Both the position numbers and the translations under genes were made by a program. From the NCBI GenBank assembly GCA_002245135.1, contig NGBS01000590.1, positions 1-64,000 on the forward strand: a stretch of DNA of 64,000 nucleotides, read 5' to 3'. This document shows, in pieces, positions 1 through 14,930 of the stretch (position 1 is its first letter; the number at the start of each line of letters is the position of its first letter). This stretch comes from Proteromonas lacertae (lineage: Eukaryota). The notes under the pieces were generated by a model that was not told the DNA's origin, did not search any database, and saw only the letters and a list, made by a program, of their open reading frames with translations.

Positions 1-387
1 TTAAACCTTCCCTTCAATAATCTTTCCGATTTCTCGTAATTTGGAGATGATACGATGACAGGAACCCATAGACATATAAGGCATTACAATCCATAGATAA
101 TTCTTCGTGACGAAGCTTGCATAACACTCTAAAACATTTGGATGTTTACAGCTCTTCATTGTCGCTACCTCTTTTTGGATATCTTCTAAAGAGATTGACA
201 AGTTATCAAGGTTTAAATCTTTATAGCGACTGTTTCTCCTTTGGTTGGACAAAACGCTTTATAAACACTAGCAAAAGCTCCCTAGCATAAAATACTCAAT
301 AGTTTAATATACTTTTCCAATCAATCCATAAAGAGTATAAGCCTCTTCAGCTACAGGCCATTCATTGCTATCTATTGTATCTGCCAT
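1..387 (-). CDS. STE20-family (OSR1/SPAK-like) Ser/Thr kinase, 5' part; continues out of window
   Basis: ATG at 387 and a 31-bp intron (282-312) give MADTIDSNEWP...LIGK|GAFASVYKA...VAIK. After a 1-bp homopolymer indel it continues LEDIQKEV...HPNVLECYASFV...LWIVMPYM. Confidence 0.85.
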
Positions 388-542
388 TAACAAAATAGAA
401 GAGAATAAAAAATGTTTTCAAGCCTGTTTTGAGTGAAAAAAAGTGGCTTTCATTCACCTTTTGATTGGATAAAAACTGGCCAAACTCAACTTTTTGCCCG
501 AACTCACTCAAACTTTCATTCAATTTGATTTTTTGCTTTAAA

Positions 543-1793
543 ATGCCAAAAAAAGATAAAGATGAGGAACCTAAAAAACATGTTGTATTAGGAAGACCAG
601 GTATATCTGAAAACATTAATTTTTATAGGAAACAATGTGAAAATCGGAATTGTTGGTTTGCCAAACGTAGGTAAATCATCATTCTTCAATACACTTTCAA
701 AATTAAATGTATTTATAAATGATAATATTGTAATAATTTTAGGTTGCAGCTGAGAATTACCCTTTCTGTACAATTGAACCAAATGAAGCACGTGTAGCAG
801 TTCCAGATAAAAGATTCGACCAATTATGTGATTTTCACAAACCAAAAAGTATTGTTCCAGCAGCATTAGCAGTTACTGATATTGCTGGTTTAGTGAGAGG
901 TGCTTCCGAAGGTGCAGGTTTAGGTAACGCTTTCTTGTGTCACATATTCGAGCATGTGATGCCATTTATCATGTAGTTAGAGCATTTGATGACCCAGATG
1001 TTACTCATGTTGAAGAATCTGTAGATCCAATAAGAGATATGCAAATTATCCATGATGAATTATTAAAGAAAGATATCGAAACAATTGACAAGCAATTGAA
1101 AACATGGAGAAAGTAGTTTTAAGAGCAAATAATTCAAAAGAAAAGAAAGATGAATATGCAATTTTGAAGAAGATTCGAGAATATTTAGACCAGAATAAAG
1201 ATATAAGAAGTGGTAATTGGGATGCTAAAGAAATAGATGTATTGAATAATTACTATTTATTAAGCTCAAAACCAATGATTTACTTGGTTAATTAAGTGAA
1301 AATAATTACATTAAAAAGAAAGGCAAATGGTTATTACCCATTAAAGAATGGATTGATAAAAGAGGAAATGGTGAAACAATGATTCCATTCAGTGCAAAAT
1401 TTGAAGAAAAAGTTTTGAGTTTTGGAACACCAGAAGAAGTGGAAAGTTTTTATAAAGAAGTTGGTGCAAAAACTGTTTTACCGAAAATCATTAATTTTGG
1501 TTATCATGCTTTGAATTTAATTCATTTCTTCACCGCTGGTCCTGATGAAGTTAAATGTTGGACTATTAAACAAGGAACTTTAGCTCCACAAGCTGCTGGT
1601 GTAATTCACACAGATTTTGAACAAGGTTTTTATTTGTGCTGAAGTTTATTCATTTGAAGTATTTTTACAATATAAAAATGAAGCTGCAATTAAAGCTGCT
1701 GGTCAAATGAAACAAGAAGGTAGAAAATATGAAGTAAAAGATGGTGATATTATCTTCTTCAAATTTAATGTCACTACTCAAAAGAAGAAGTAG
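543..1793 (+). CDS. OLA1: Obg-like ATPase 1 (YchF/OLA1)
   Basis: [33 protein letters not shown] and [14 protein letters not shown]...[12 protein letters not shown] motifs; C-terminal [13 protein letters not shown]. Two ~30-bp introns and several indels. Confidence 0.95.
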
Positions 1794-1984
1794 AATTTTT
1801 GATTAAGTAACATATTTTGTATTATTTTATGGGGTTATAAAGTGAAATCAAATCGAATTTACAAAATATAAAAACAAATTGGAATATTATTATTAATAGA
1901 ATTATATAAATAAATATTAAATAATTTATTTGAATAAAAGTCATACAATAGGGGAATAGAAAACATATAAAAAATACTTTTTCC

Positions 1985-5093
<3,109 letters not shown>

Positions 5094-5313
5094 TCTCGAT
5101 TTTTTATAAAACGATAAATTTATCAAACCAAAATCGAGCTGAATTTTCAGTTTTTTTTTTATTTCTCGTTAAAGGAGAAGCTATTTTCTTATTTTTTAAT
5201 GATCAAACTTTATATGTATTATATATTACCTTTTAAGTGATAGTAATGGAGAAAATAAACCCATACAAAACAGAATATTAAACTAATTATATAAAAAATA
5301 AATATTAATTATC

Positions 5314-5768
5314 CTAACCGCTACATTCTTTACCATTTCCTAATTTCTTACCACAGTGACTGCAGTAATGTGTTCTATTAGAATATTATAAACAAATAAG
5401 TAATACGGTCTTCTGAATGCAGGAATACATAATAGAATGCATGAGAAGAACACAATGATAAAGAATAAAGCACAAACTAATGCAGCTCTATGGAAAACAT
5501 ATTACAAATATTTAATCATACAACATAGGACCAACTTGACGTCTTACTTCTGTTGGACCAACATAATGACAATATGGACATTCTACCACAACTGGTCTAT
5601 TATTAAAAATAACAAGAATATAACATACGCTGGTCCAAATGCAACATCATTCACTTGAAGAGCAGCTGCTTGAGTACTTGGTTGCATAGCAAGTGGTTGT
5701 TGAACAACTACACTTGTTGGTTGTGTTGTTGTTGTTGAAGTTGTAGAAACTTGTTCAAATTCTGGCAT
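5314..5768 (-). CDS. LITAF-domain zinc-binding membrane-associated protein
   Basis: Spliced reading gives a Q/P/T-rich N-terminus, VVECPYCH, a hydrophobic stretch and EHYCSHCGKKLG, i.e. the CxxC...HxCxxC LITAF pattern. Confidence 0.75.
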
Positions 5769-6143
5769 TATTATAAGTAATGTGAAAATGAGGAATAAAA
5801 CCAATCACACTTTCAATAACATGATATATGATGTGATATATGTGATACGAAGCAATAACCGCTAGTATGGTGAATCATAGTGATAAGTATTGTGATTAAG
5901 TTAGGATAAGAATAAAAAATGTTTTATTTGTTAATAGATATACTTAAATAGATATGAAAGCATAATCCAAATTAATAACTGTATAAATGGATAATTTTTA
6001 CCTGTAAATATAATTCCAAACTCATTAATAAATACATGAAACTATTATAATAATTAATCAATCATTGAATCACTCTAAAAATGAAAAAATCATTTACTAA
6101 TATGTTTGACTACTGTTTGAGACACAGTTCATTTATAAAAAGA

Positions 6144-7448
6144 ATGAATAAATTTCTCATTATCGCTCTACTTTTATGTGTTGTTTCAGCTGACACTTGG
6201 AATGTTATTGTCGCTGGATCATACCAATACAAAAATTATCGTCATCAAGCTGATGCTTGTCACAATTATCAAATTTTAAAACGAAATGGTATTCCTGAAG
6301 ATCATATAATCTTGTTTATGTATGATGATGTTGCTTATGCTGAAGAAAATCCATTTAAAGGACATTTATATAACCAAATTGGTGAAGATCCTGAAGATGT
6401 ATACGATGGATGTAAAGCTTCCTACACTGGAAAGAAGATCACTCCAGAAGTATATTTAGCAGTATTGATGGGAGATGTAGAAAAAGTTCGAAATTTGACA
6501 GGAATAGAAAACCCTCCAGTGTTAAGAAGTACAAAAGACGATTTAGTATTTCTATCTTTCTTTGATCATGGTTCTGAATTAGTCGTAGGCTTTCCCGATG
6601 ATCACTTACACGCTGATGATCTATTACATACCTTTGAAGAAATGCATGCTAAAAACAGTTATAAGAAATTAGTATACTATATGGAAAGTTGTCAATCTGG
6701 ATCAATGTTTGAAAATATCTTACCAACTAATCTCAGCATTTACGCAACAACTCCAACTCATCCATATGAACCATCTTGGGGATATTATTGTGATGGTTTA
6801 ACTAAGGGTGTGTATATGGAGACTTGTATGGGTGATTTATTTGCTTGTACTTGGATGGAAAAGGCTGATGAACATGATAAAAATGAAACATTATATTCTC
6901 ATTTCCAATTCATATTGAAGAATGTAACTAAATCTCATCCTCAACAATATGGTGATTTAACATTCTTAAATGATTCTTTATGGGATTATTTAGGAACTAA
7001 AGACAACAAAGAGAATGTTGTTCCAAATAAGAAACATTTAAGAAACAATAAGAAAGAAGAAATAATTCAAATTCCAATTGACAGTACAGCTGCAACAATC
7101 AAATATTTACATAATAAATTAAGTCATGCTAAAAGTGTAGAAGAAAAACGAAAAGTAGAGATGATGATGAATGAAGAAGAAGAAATGAGACGAGATATAA
7201 ATTTGAAATTTATGAAAATCATAAAGAAGTTGAATTATGAAAATTATGGTGCAATGAAGAAAGTTCGACAACCATCTCATTTAAGACATTGTTATTATAA
7301 AGCGATTGATACATATCGAGATAATTGTGGTTTTAACGAATATGCTTTCAACTATTATCACAGTTTGATGAATTTATGTTCTTTTGAGAATGGTAAGTCT
7401 GAAAATATCGTTAATGCTATTAAATCAGTATGTTCAAAAAGTAATTAA
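6144..7448 (+). CDS. LGMN: Legumain / asparaginyl endopeptidase (peptidase C13), copy 1
   Basis: Signal peptide MNKFLIIALLLCVVSA, NYRHQAD, catalytic DHG and ESC, Cys-containing LSAM prodomain; uninterrupted ORF. Confidence 0.95.
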   Translation: MNKFLIIALLLCVVSADTWNVIVAGSYQYKNYRHQADACHNYQILKRNGIPEDHIILFMYDDVAYAEENPFKGHLYNQIGEDPEDVYDGCKASYTGKKITPEVYLAVLMGDVEKVRNLTGIENPPVLRSTKDDLVFLSFFDHGSELVVGFPDDHLHADDLLHTFEEMHAKNSYKKLVYYMESCQSGSMFENILPTNLSIYATTPTHPYEPSWGYYCDGLTKGVYMETCMGDLFACTWMEKADEHDKNETLYSHFQFILKNVTKSHPQQYGDLTFLNDSLWDYLGTKDNKENVVPNKKHLRNNKKEEIIQIPIDSTAATIKYLHNKLSHAKSVEEKRKVEMMMNEEEEMRRDINLKFMKIIKKLNYENYGAMKKVRQPSHLRHCYYKAIDTYRDNCGFNEYAFNYYHSLMNLCSFENGKSENIVNAIKSVCSKSN

Positions 7449-7521
7449 TCGTAAGAACATTTTGTTATTGTTGTTTTTGATGTTTTTAATATTAATAAAC
7501 GAATATATTTTTATAAATAAA

Positions 7522-8877
7522 ATGTTGTTTTTCGTTTTTCTCGTGATATTAAGCTTTGCTTCTGCTTATAATTATGCGTTACTAATAGTTGGTACTAAAG
7601 GTTATCCAAATTATCGTCATCAAGCTGAAGCATGTAGATTAGGCCATATGCTTCTTGATAAAGGGATTAAGTCGCCTCATTTAGTTATATTTTCTTACAA
7701 TGATGCAGTTAATGCAGATGAAAACCCTTTCAAAGGTGAACTATATTCTGATCCAGATTCAAATAAAGAATTGTATAGTGGATGTGACATTGATTATTCT
7801 GGTGACAATGTTAATGCTATGAATATAATAGATGTTCTATTAGGAAGATCATCCAATATTGAGAAATTTAGTGGAATGAAAGAAGCTAAAGTGTTTAATA
7901 CAACAAATAATGATAATATATTTATAGCTTATTTTGGTGAAGGTGATAATAATAGTTTATATCTACCCAATTCAAAATTAGGAATTAATGATTTAATCGA
8001 TACATTTAAGGTTATGTATAAGAATAAGTTGTATAATGGAATATATTTATTAATACAATCAACTGGATCTAATTATATAATGGATAATTTACCAGATAAT
8101 ATGAAAATATATAGTTTGACATCTTCCACTTCAAATCCAATTTTCTGCTCAATTAATGAAGAGTCAGTCAAAATAAAGAGAGCAATAATGAATACATGTT
8201 TAAATGATTTATTAATATATAAAATAATACGATTTTATGAATTACATAATGGAATAGTGTTGATCAAAGAAATGTATAATGAATTAAAAAATCAAAATAT
8301 TTCTCTTCTTATTGAGAATGGTGATTTAAAAAGAATGTCCAATTATCCAATTGATATGTTTTTAGATTCAAATTATGGCAGAGAATTTGAAAATAAATAT
8401 ATTGATAGTTTCAATGTTCAGAAACGAACAGATTTAGCATCAGAGAATAATGGTTTATTTAATGAAGTAAAAGGCATGCCACAACGTGATGTAAAATTAT
8501 TTACACTAAATAGAATGTTTAATAATACAGTAGATGAAAAGAGAAAAGAAACATTAATGCAACAGATTAAAGAAGAAGAACACTATATTAATATTACAGA
8601 TGTGAGATTTACTGAATTGGTGAAGTATGTTGTAAAGTCTAAAGATCCCTTAGTTATTGATCATTTGCTATCTCAACAGAAGAACAAAAGAAGTGATGAC
8701 AGAAGGTGTTATTATGATATGGTGAAGAAATATATCAAGCAATGTGGACCTTCTAAGGAGTATGCTTTGCATTATTATCATGTGTTGATTAATATTTGTA
8801 ATTATCTGTATGGAGATGTTGAAGAGATAAGTAGAGGTATTGATGATGTTTGTCAAAGGTTGAAATTATTTAATTGA
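7522..8877 (+). CDS. Legumain-like protein lacking catalytic His and Cys (pseudopeptidase)
   Basis: Signal peptide, NYRHQAE, ENPFKG and LSAM cysteines are retained, but FDHG reads FGEG and MESC reads IQST. Confidence 0.85.
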   Translation: MLFFVFLVILSFASAYNYALLIVGTKGYPNYRHQAEACRLGHMLLDKGIKSPHLVIFSYNDAVNADENPFKGELYSDPDSNKELYSGCDIDYSGDNVNAMNIIDVLLGRSSNIEKFSGMKEAKVFNTTNNDNIFIAYFGEGDNNSLYLPNSKLGINDLIDTFKVMYKNKLYNGIYLLIQSTGSNYIMDNLPDNMKIYSLTSSTSNPIFCSINEESVKIKRAIMNTCLNDLLIYKIIRFYELHNGIVLIKEMYNELKNQNISLLIENGDLKRMSNYPIDMFLDSNYGREFENKYIDSFNVQKRTDLASENNGLFNEVKGMPQRDVKLFTLNRMFNNTVDEKRKETLMQQIKEEEHYINITDVRFTELVKYVVKSKDPLVIDHLLSQQKNKRSDDRRCYYDMVKKYIKQCGPSKEYALHYYHVLINICNYLYGDVEEISRGIDDVCQRLKLFN

Positions 8878-8958
8878 TTGTTATTTAATGAGTTTTTTTG
8901 TTTTTTAATTATGAAACGAATCTATTTTTGTAATGCAAAATAGAATATAATTCTTTTG

Positions 8959-10422
8959 ATGAAAAAAAGAGAAAGAACTGAGATGGATGAAGAAATAAAA
9001 AAGTGTTTTTGTATTTCTTTATGTATTTATTTATTAGCTGAAAATGAACAAACAATCTTATCAAGAAGTGGTCCTATTTTCGGTGATGAAGGAATGCAAG
9101 CTATTAAAGATTCATTTGTTATTATAGTAGGACTTGGAGGAGTTGGTATAATTACTTTAATTATGTTGTAGGAAGTCATGCTACAAATATGATTGCTAGA
9201 TCAGGAGTAAGAAAGATTAGAATAATTGATTTTGATGTATTGACTTATTCATCCTTGAATCGACATGCTGTAGCCACTTTAGTTGATGTTGGCAAAGCTA
9301 AAGTATTGATTTACATTTAATTTATATATCCATTTAGGTTGATGTCCTTAAGAACTATATATTCCAATTTTCTCCATTCTGTGAAGTGGATGCAAGAAAT
9401 GAAATGTTCTGTGAAGAAAAAGCTGAAGAATTATTATCAGGTAATCCTACTTATGTATTGGATTGTATTGATGATGCAAATACTAAAATTAGTTTAATTT
9501 CATATTGTTTAAATCATAATATTCCCATCTTATCATCCTTAGGAGCTGCAGCTAAAATTGATCCTACAAAAATATATATTGGAAATCTACAAAATGTTAG
9601 AAGTATTTTTCTATTTTCTATTCTTTTAATTAGATGATGGTTTAGCAAGTAAATTGCGTTTTAAATTACGAAAATGTTGTCCAAAATCATTAGAAGAATT
9701 AGAAGTAGTATATAGTAGTGAATCGCCAGTAATAAGTCTACTACCATTAGATAACAAATCAAAAGTATAATTTTATTATTTTATTTATTTATTTATTTAA
9801 TTATTAGGATGAAGCTCCACAAAATAGAGGAGGTCATGAATATATGAGAACAAGAATATTACCAGTACTTGGGACAATTCCAGCCATATTTGGTCAAACT
9901 ATGGCAAACCATGTAATTAATCAAATATCAAAGTTGAAATATATGCCATCTGCAGCTCCACATATAGGAAAAGATATTCGTATAATTGTATTATTTTAAT
10001 TGTTATTTAATAGGATGTAAATTATATTCACATCTATTACAAAGAGAACAAAATATATATAAAAGTGAGTATATTTTGATTCTTTTATTTTTTTTGTAGT
10101 ATGAATAATATCAATTTCAACCAATGGGATATTGATTATATAGTTCAAGAAATATGGCATCATCGTTCACCAATCAGTGGAGAAGCATTAGGTGTAAGAT
10201 TAATGGAATTAGTAAGATGGGATAAAGATAAACCATCTGATTGTACTAATTTAGTGTTAATGACAAAGGATGAAATGATCAAACATGATAATATGAAATC
10301 ATTAGATGAATATGATAGTGAAATTGTATATTATTGTTATTATTTTATATTAGAGAAAGAAAATTGAAGATAGACTTACTTTAGTTGGAAATTGGGAAGC
10401 TAGAAGTAGAGGTGAAATTTAA
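8959..10422 (+). CDS. tRNA threonylcarbamoyladenosine dehydratase (TcdA/TCD1-2, ThiF family)
   Basis: IVGLGGVG|SHA, IIDFDVLTLSSLNRHA, YVLDCIDD, SSLGAAAKIDP and RILPVLGTIPAIFG motifs; about seven tiny introns; start approximate. Confidence 0.85.
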
Positions 10423-10449
10423 AATAACAAGAAAATTTAAAAATAATAA

Positions 10450-12189
10450 TTTCTTATTCTTACAATTATTTAATATGGTAAACTTTTACAAACTTCTTTC
10501 ATTGAATCTATTATTGAAGAACTCTTCCCATCACTGAAGTCACATAAATTCATTAACACAGGATAATATTTTAAAGTATATTCACGAGTTTTACCACAAT
10601 AGTTCTTTCGAGCTTCAATCAACTCATAATAACATTCTTTATTAGCAGAATAAGATGGACCACTATTCAATATTTTAGATTTCATTTTCTCATTTCCTCC
10701 TGTCACTTTATTCACCAATAAATTAAATCGATTATCAGTTACTCGACGATAATTTTCTTCTTCATTAAACATTGATAAATATTTACTTCTCTCTTTTTCA
10801 TTTTTACTTTCACTTAATTTATTCTTTAAGAATGTCATATAAACATCTTGACTTTTTACAGCTCTTGAATAGGATTTTATTCTAGGATTTCTTACTTCAC
10901 CTCTTAATGATTTTCGATTGTTATTATTTCCATTTCCAATAAAATCCCAAATTGATTCATTCAGCCATTTTAAATCACCAAATTGTTGAGGATGACTCAT
11001 ATCTGTTCCTTTTAATATTATCTTTCCATTGATCTTTCAAATTTTCATCTTTCTTGTTTAAATCTGTATCTTCCATCCATACTACTGAGAATAAATCTCC
11101 TAAACAAGTGTCGATATATTGTCCTTTAACTATTTCATCACAATAAGCAGCCCAAGATGATTCTTCAGCATTTGAAGCTGTTACTGCATAAATGTTCATA
11201 TTATCTCGCATTTCTGCAAACATACTTCCACTATAACAAGCTTCCATATAATACACTATCTTTTTATACATCTTTTTATTTTGCATAATTCTAAAAATAT
11301 TCATTAAATCCTTTGACTTAAAATCATCATCCAAATCGGGAAAACATAACACATCAGGTGCACCATGATCAAAGAATGATAAGAATACTGTATCTTCTTC
11401 TGTACTTTTTAACACTACTGGATCTTTAATTCCTGTTACATTTCGAATTGTATCTACATCTCCTGTCAAAACAGCTTTATAAACTGTTGGATTTACATCC
11501 TTCATTCGATAAGTAGCTTTACAGCCTTCATAAACATCTGGAGGGTTTTCACCTGGTTGATTGTATAAATGTCCTCGTAATACATTGTTAGGATCATTTG
11601 CAATATCATCATATGATATTAAGATGATATGATCTTCTGGAATGCCATGTGCTTTATGAAGTTGATAAGAATGACAAGCGTCAGCTTGATGACGGTAGTT
11701 CCAATAACAGTATGATCCAACTAAAATAACAGCCCATTGATCACAAGAGACAACTGCCAATAATGCAATATAGAAGTAAATAAACTTCATTTTTAAAAAT
11801 GAGACACAAACTTATTTTAGGCTTGATTAAAAAATATTTAACAAGTTATTAGAATATAACGAATTTAATAATATTTTCTTATTCTTACAATTATTTAATA
11901 TGGGTAAACTTTTACAAACTTCTTTCATTGAATCTATTATTGAAGAACTCTTCCCATCACTGAAGTCACATAAATTCATTAACACAGGATAATATTTTAA
12001 AGTATATTCACGAGTTTTACCACAATAGTTCTTTCGAGCTTCAATCAACTCATAATAACATTCTTTATTAGCAGAATAAGATGGACCACTATTCAATATT
12101 TTAGATTTCATTCTCTCATTTCCTCCTGTCACTTTATTCACCAATAAATTAAATCGATTATCAGTTACTCGACGATAATTTTCTTCTTC
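10450..12189. repeat. Near-identical direct duplications between legumain copies 3 and 4 (10450-10763 with 11875-12189; 10885-10963 with 12311-12389)
   Basis: By-eye alignment finds about 1 substitution and 1 indel in ~314 bp, and 2 substitutions in ~79 bp. Confidence 0.9.
10470..11790 (-). CDS. LGMN: Legumain (C13), copy 3; split by an indel near 11010
   Basis: Signal peptide, NYRHQAD, DHGAP, EACYSGSMF, CLGDLFS; LSAM domain in the adjacent frame. Confidence 0.9.
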
Positions 12190-13216
12190 TTTTAGTGTTG
12201 ATATTAACTCAGATTTATACTTTTCATTATTAGATGATTGGATCATACTCTTTAAAGTATACATATATACGTCTCTACTACTAATCTCAGATTTAGGTGA
12301 TTTTATTCTGGGATTTCTTATTTCACCTCTTAATGATTTTCGATTGCTATTATTTCCATTTCCAATAAAATCCCAAATTGATTCATTCAACCAACTAAGT
12401 TCTCCTATCTGTTGAGGAGAACTTCTTGTAACTCCTTTTGTTATAATATTCCATTGATCTGATAGTGTTTCATCTCTCTTATTCAAATCTGTATCTTCCA
12501 TCCATACAATTGAAAATAAATCTCCTAAACAAGTGTGATAATTCTCTCCTCTTACTGTATCAGTTTTATCACAATAAGCCGCCCATGATGATTCATCTCT
12601 AGTAGCGGCTGTAACTGCATATATGTTTAATCCATCTACTCCGTTAAACATACTTCCACTATAACATGCTTCCATATAATATACCAATTTCTTGTACATT
12701 TTTTTATAGTACATTTTATGTAGAGTAGTTACTAACAAATCATTACTTAATTCTGAACCATCTGGGAAACAAATTATATATGGACCACCATGATCAAAGA
12801 ATGTTAAAAACACTGTGTCGTTCTCATTACTTTTTCAAAACTGGAGGATTGGTTCTTCCTGTTAAATTCTTCACTGTATCTACATCTCCTGTTAAAACAG
12901 CTCTATAGACTGCTGGAGTTACTTCATTTTCTCTATAGGATATTTCACAACCGTCATAAACATCGGGAGGATTATCACCTGGTTGATTATAAATATGTCC
13001 AGGGAAAGGATTAGCACTATGATTAGCAATATCATCATATGCTAATAAAATAATATGGTCTTTTGGAATTCCATGTGCTTTATGTACTTGATAAGCATGA
13101 CAAGCGTCAGCTTGATGACGATAGTTAAACCATGTATGTGAACCTGCTAAAATCACAGCCCACTGGTCAGCTGATACTAATATGGCTGATAAGAAGAAAA
13201 AAACTAAAATTTTCAT
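11895..13216 (-). CDS. LGMN: Legumain (C13), copy 4; indels near 12830 and 11902
   Basis: MKILVFF signal peptide, NYRHQAD, DHGGP, EACYSGSMF. The 3' end aligns to the copy 3 stop if one extra G is removed. Confidence 0.9.
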
Positions 13217-13425
13217 TTTAGAATTGAATGTGGAACACAAACCTTTTCTTGGCTTGATCTTTTTTCTTTTCATTATGATTAATATTTTATGATAAACACA
13301 CTAATTTAATAATCAACATAATCTTGATGTTAAAATATTTATATTTTTTTCAATTTTAATGATTCATAATTCATAAATTTCTTTATTACATATAACTTGA
13401 ATATTTGAAGTATACATGCATTTTA

Positions 13426-14829
13426 TTAGTGTATAGCTTTAGAATATAATATTTGTCCTGATAATTGAGTTATTAGAGGTAAAAATAAATCTAAGTGTTT
13501 GGAAATATCAATATTATCTAAATGAATTACAATAACAAGAATTATACTAAATTCCAATGCTCTTGGATTGATTAATTTCATTATATCAAGCAAATAATTC
13601 ATTCCTTCTTCACACAAACAATAACACTCTGGATCAATTTGAAGATAATCTCTATTAAAAATTAGACCTTCTATATCAAATATCATTTCATCTAAATAAC
13701 ATCCTTCATTTACTTCACATTTATGATAAATTTGGAACTTCAGTTTATCTTTAATTATATTCTCATGAAAATAATCTTCTCTATATAACTTCATCATCAA
13801 TAATAATGCTAATCTAATTTCATTTGGATTAGTGTTGTATACTTCTATCATTTCATCTCTTGTTTCTTCCCATACATCACTGATAACATAATATATTAAT
13901 GGAAATATAATTGGAAATTTAATAATTGAACTATCACCATTAAATATTATATCTTTTCTTTCTTCACATATTATCAAGCAATCTATTTTATCTTTCATTA
14001 TCTCACTCATTTTTATCATCTCTTTTCTCAATTCTTTTAAACATGTCCTATCTTCACTCTTTACTTTAAACACTCTATCAATCATTTCTTTCATCATTTT
14101 ATCACATTCTACATCTAAACTGTAATTACATTTCACAATATTCTCTTTGGTTTTTTTCATATTATCATCTTCATTAAATGGTAATTTCTTATAAATCATT
14201 TCATATAATATACATCCAATTGACCAAATCACACTTCGATCATCACATTCATATCCATTCAATTCTTCTGGGCTTTTAAAGCATATGTCATATAACTCTC
14301 ATTTCTTCTTCTTTTCTCAATTCATTTAAACTATAATCACAAATTTTTACTCCACCATTTTCTTCATAAATCACATTACTACTCTTTAGATTGTTCACCA
14401 TCACATTATATTCACTTATTACAATCAAGATGTCACATATACTACATATTATATTACATATATCAACTTTTGAAAAGGCTTTACTTTGAATTATCTCTTC
14501 TAAATCCTTTGAGTAAAATTCTCTTCTAATATCACATATTCACCTTCTTTATCCTTTCTAAGTATTTTAAAAGGATAGACGAAGGGTAAACAACAATCTA
14601 ATAATAATGTGTGTGTATCGCAAAACTTCAATACTATCTTTTCTTTTATTCCATTAGTATTTAAAAATTTTATAACTTTCATATCATTTTGATAATGTAA
14701 AACCAAACTTACTTCATTTTTACTCTTTTCTTTTCTCTCTTTTAGCTGCAAATATATAATCAACAAAAATACTAGAGTATCAGATGGTAATATCGAGGAT
14801 ATAATGTCAACCACACTAGATGTCATCAT
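13426..14829 (-). pseudogene. Degenerate protein-kinase-like gene (pseudokinase or decaying copy)
   Basis: SPEE...VIWSIGCILYEMIYKKLPF matches subdomains VIII-IX; HRD and DFG are degenerate (VNNLK, CDYS); several frame breaks. Confidence 0.55.
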
Positions 14830-14930
14830 TTTTAATTTTCTGAAAATATAGCCGTTTCAAATTTTATTTTACATTACCGATGTAATTTATATCTTCTTTA
14901 CCATCTTCTTAAAATAACCATTTCTCTTTA

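Noticed and set aside
543..1793. Programmed frameshifting or RNA editing to explain the many frame breaks in conserved genes
   Set aside because: In OLA1, STE20 and the legumains the breaks are +/-1 changes in homopolymers or a duplicated dinucleotide, with no shared motif. This is typical of long-read consensus error.
7384..7521. Overlap of legumain copies 1 and 2 as shown in the ORF track
   Set aside because: The track begins at a TTG; the signal-peptide ATG is at 7522, downstream of the copy 1 stop.
11827..11894. C-terminal extension of legumain copy 4
   Set aside because: It arises from one extra G at ~11902 relative to the otherwise identical copy 3, probably a sequencing error.
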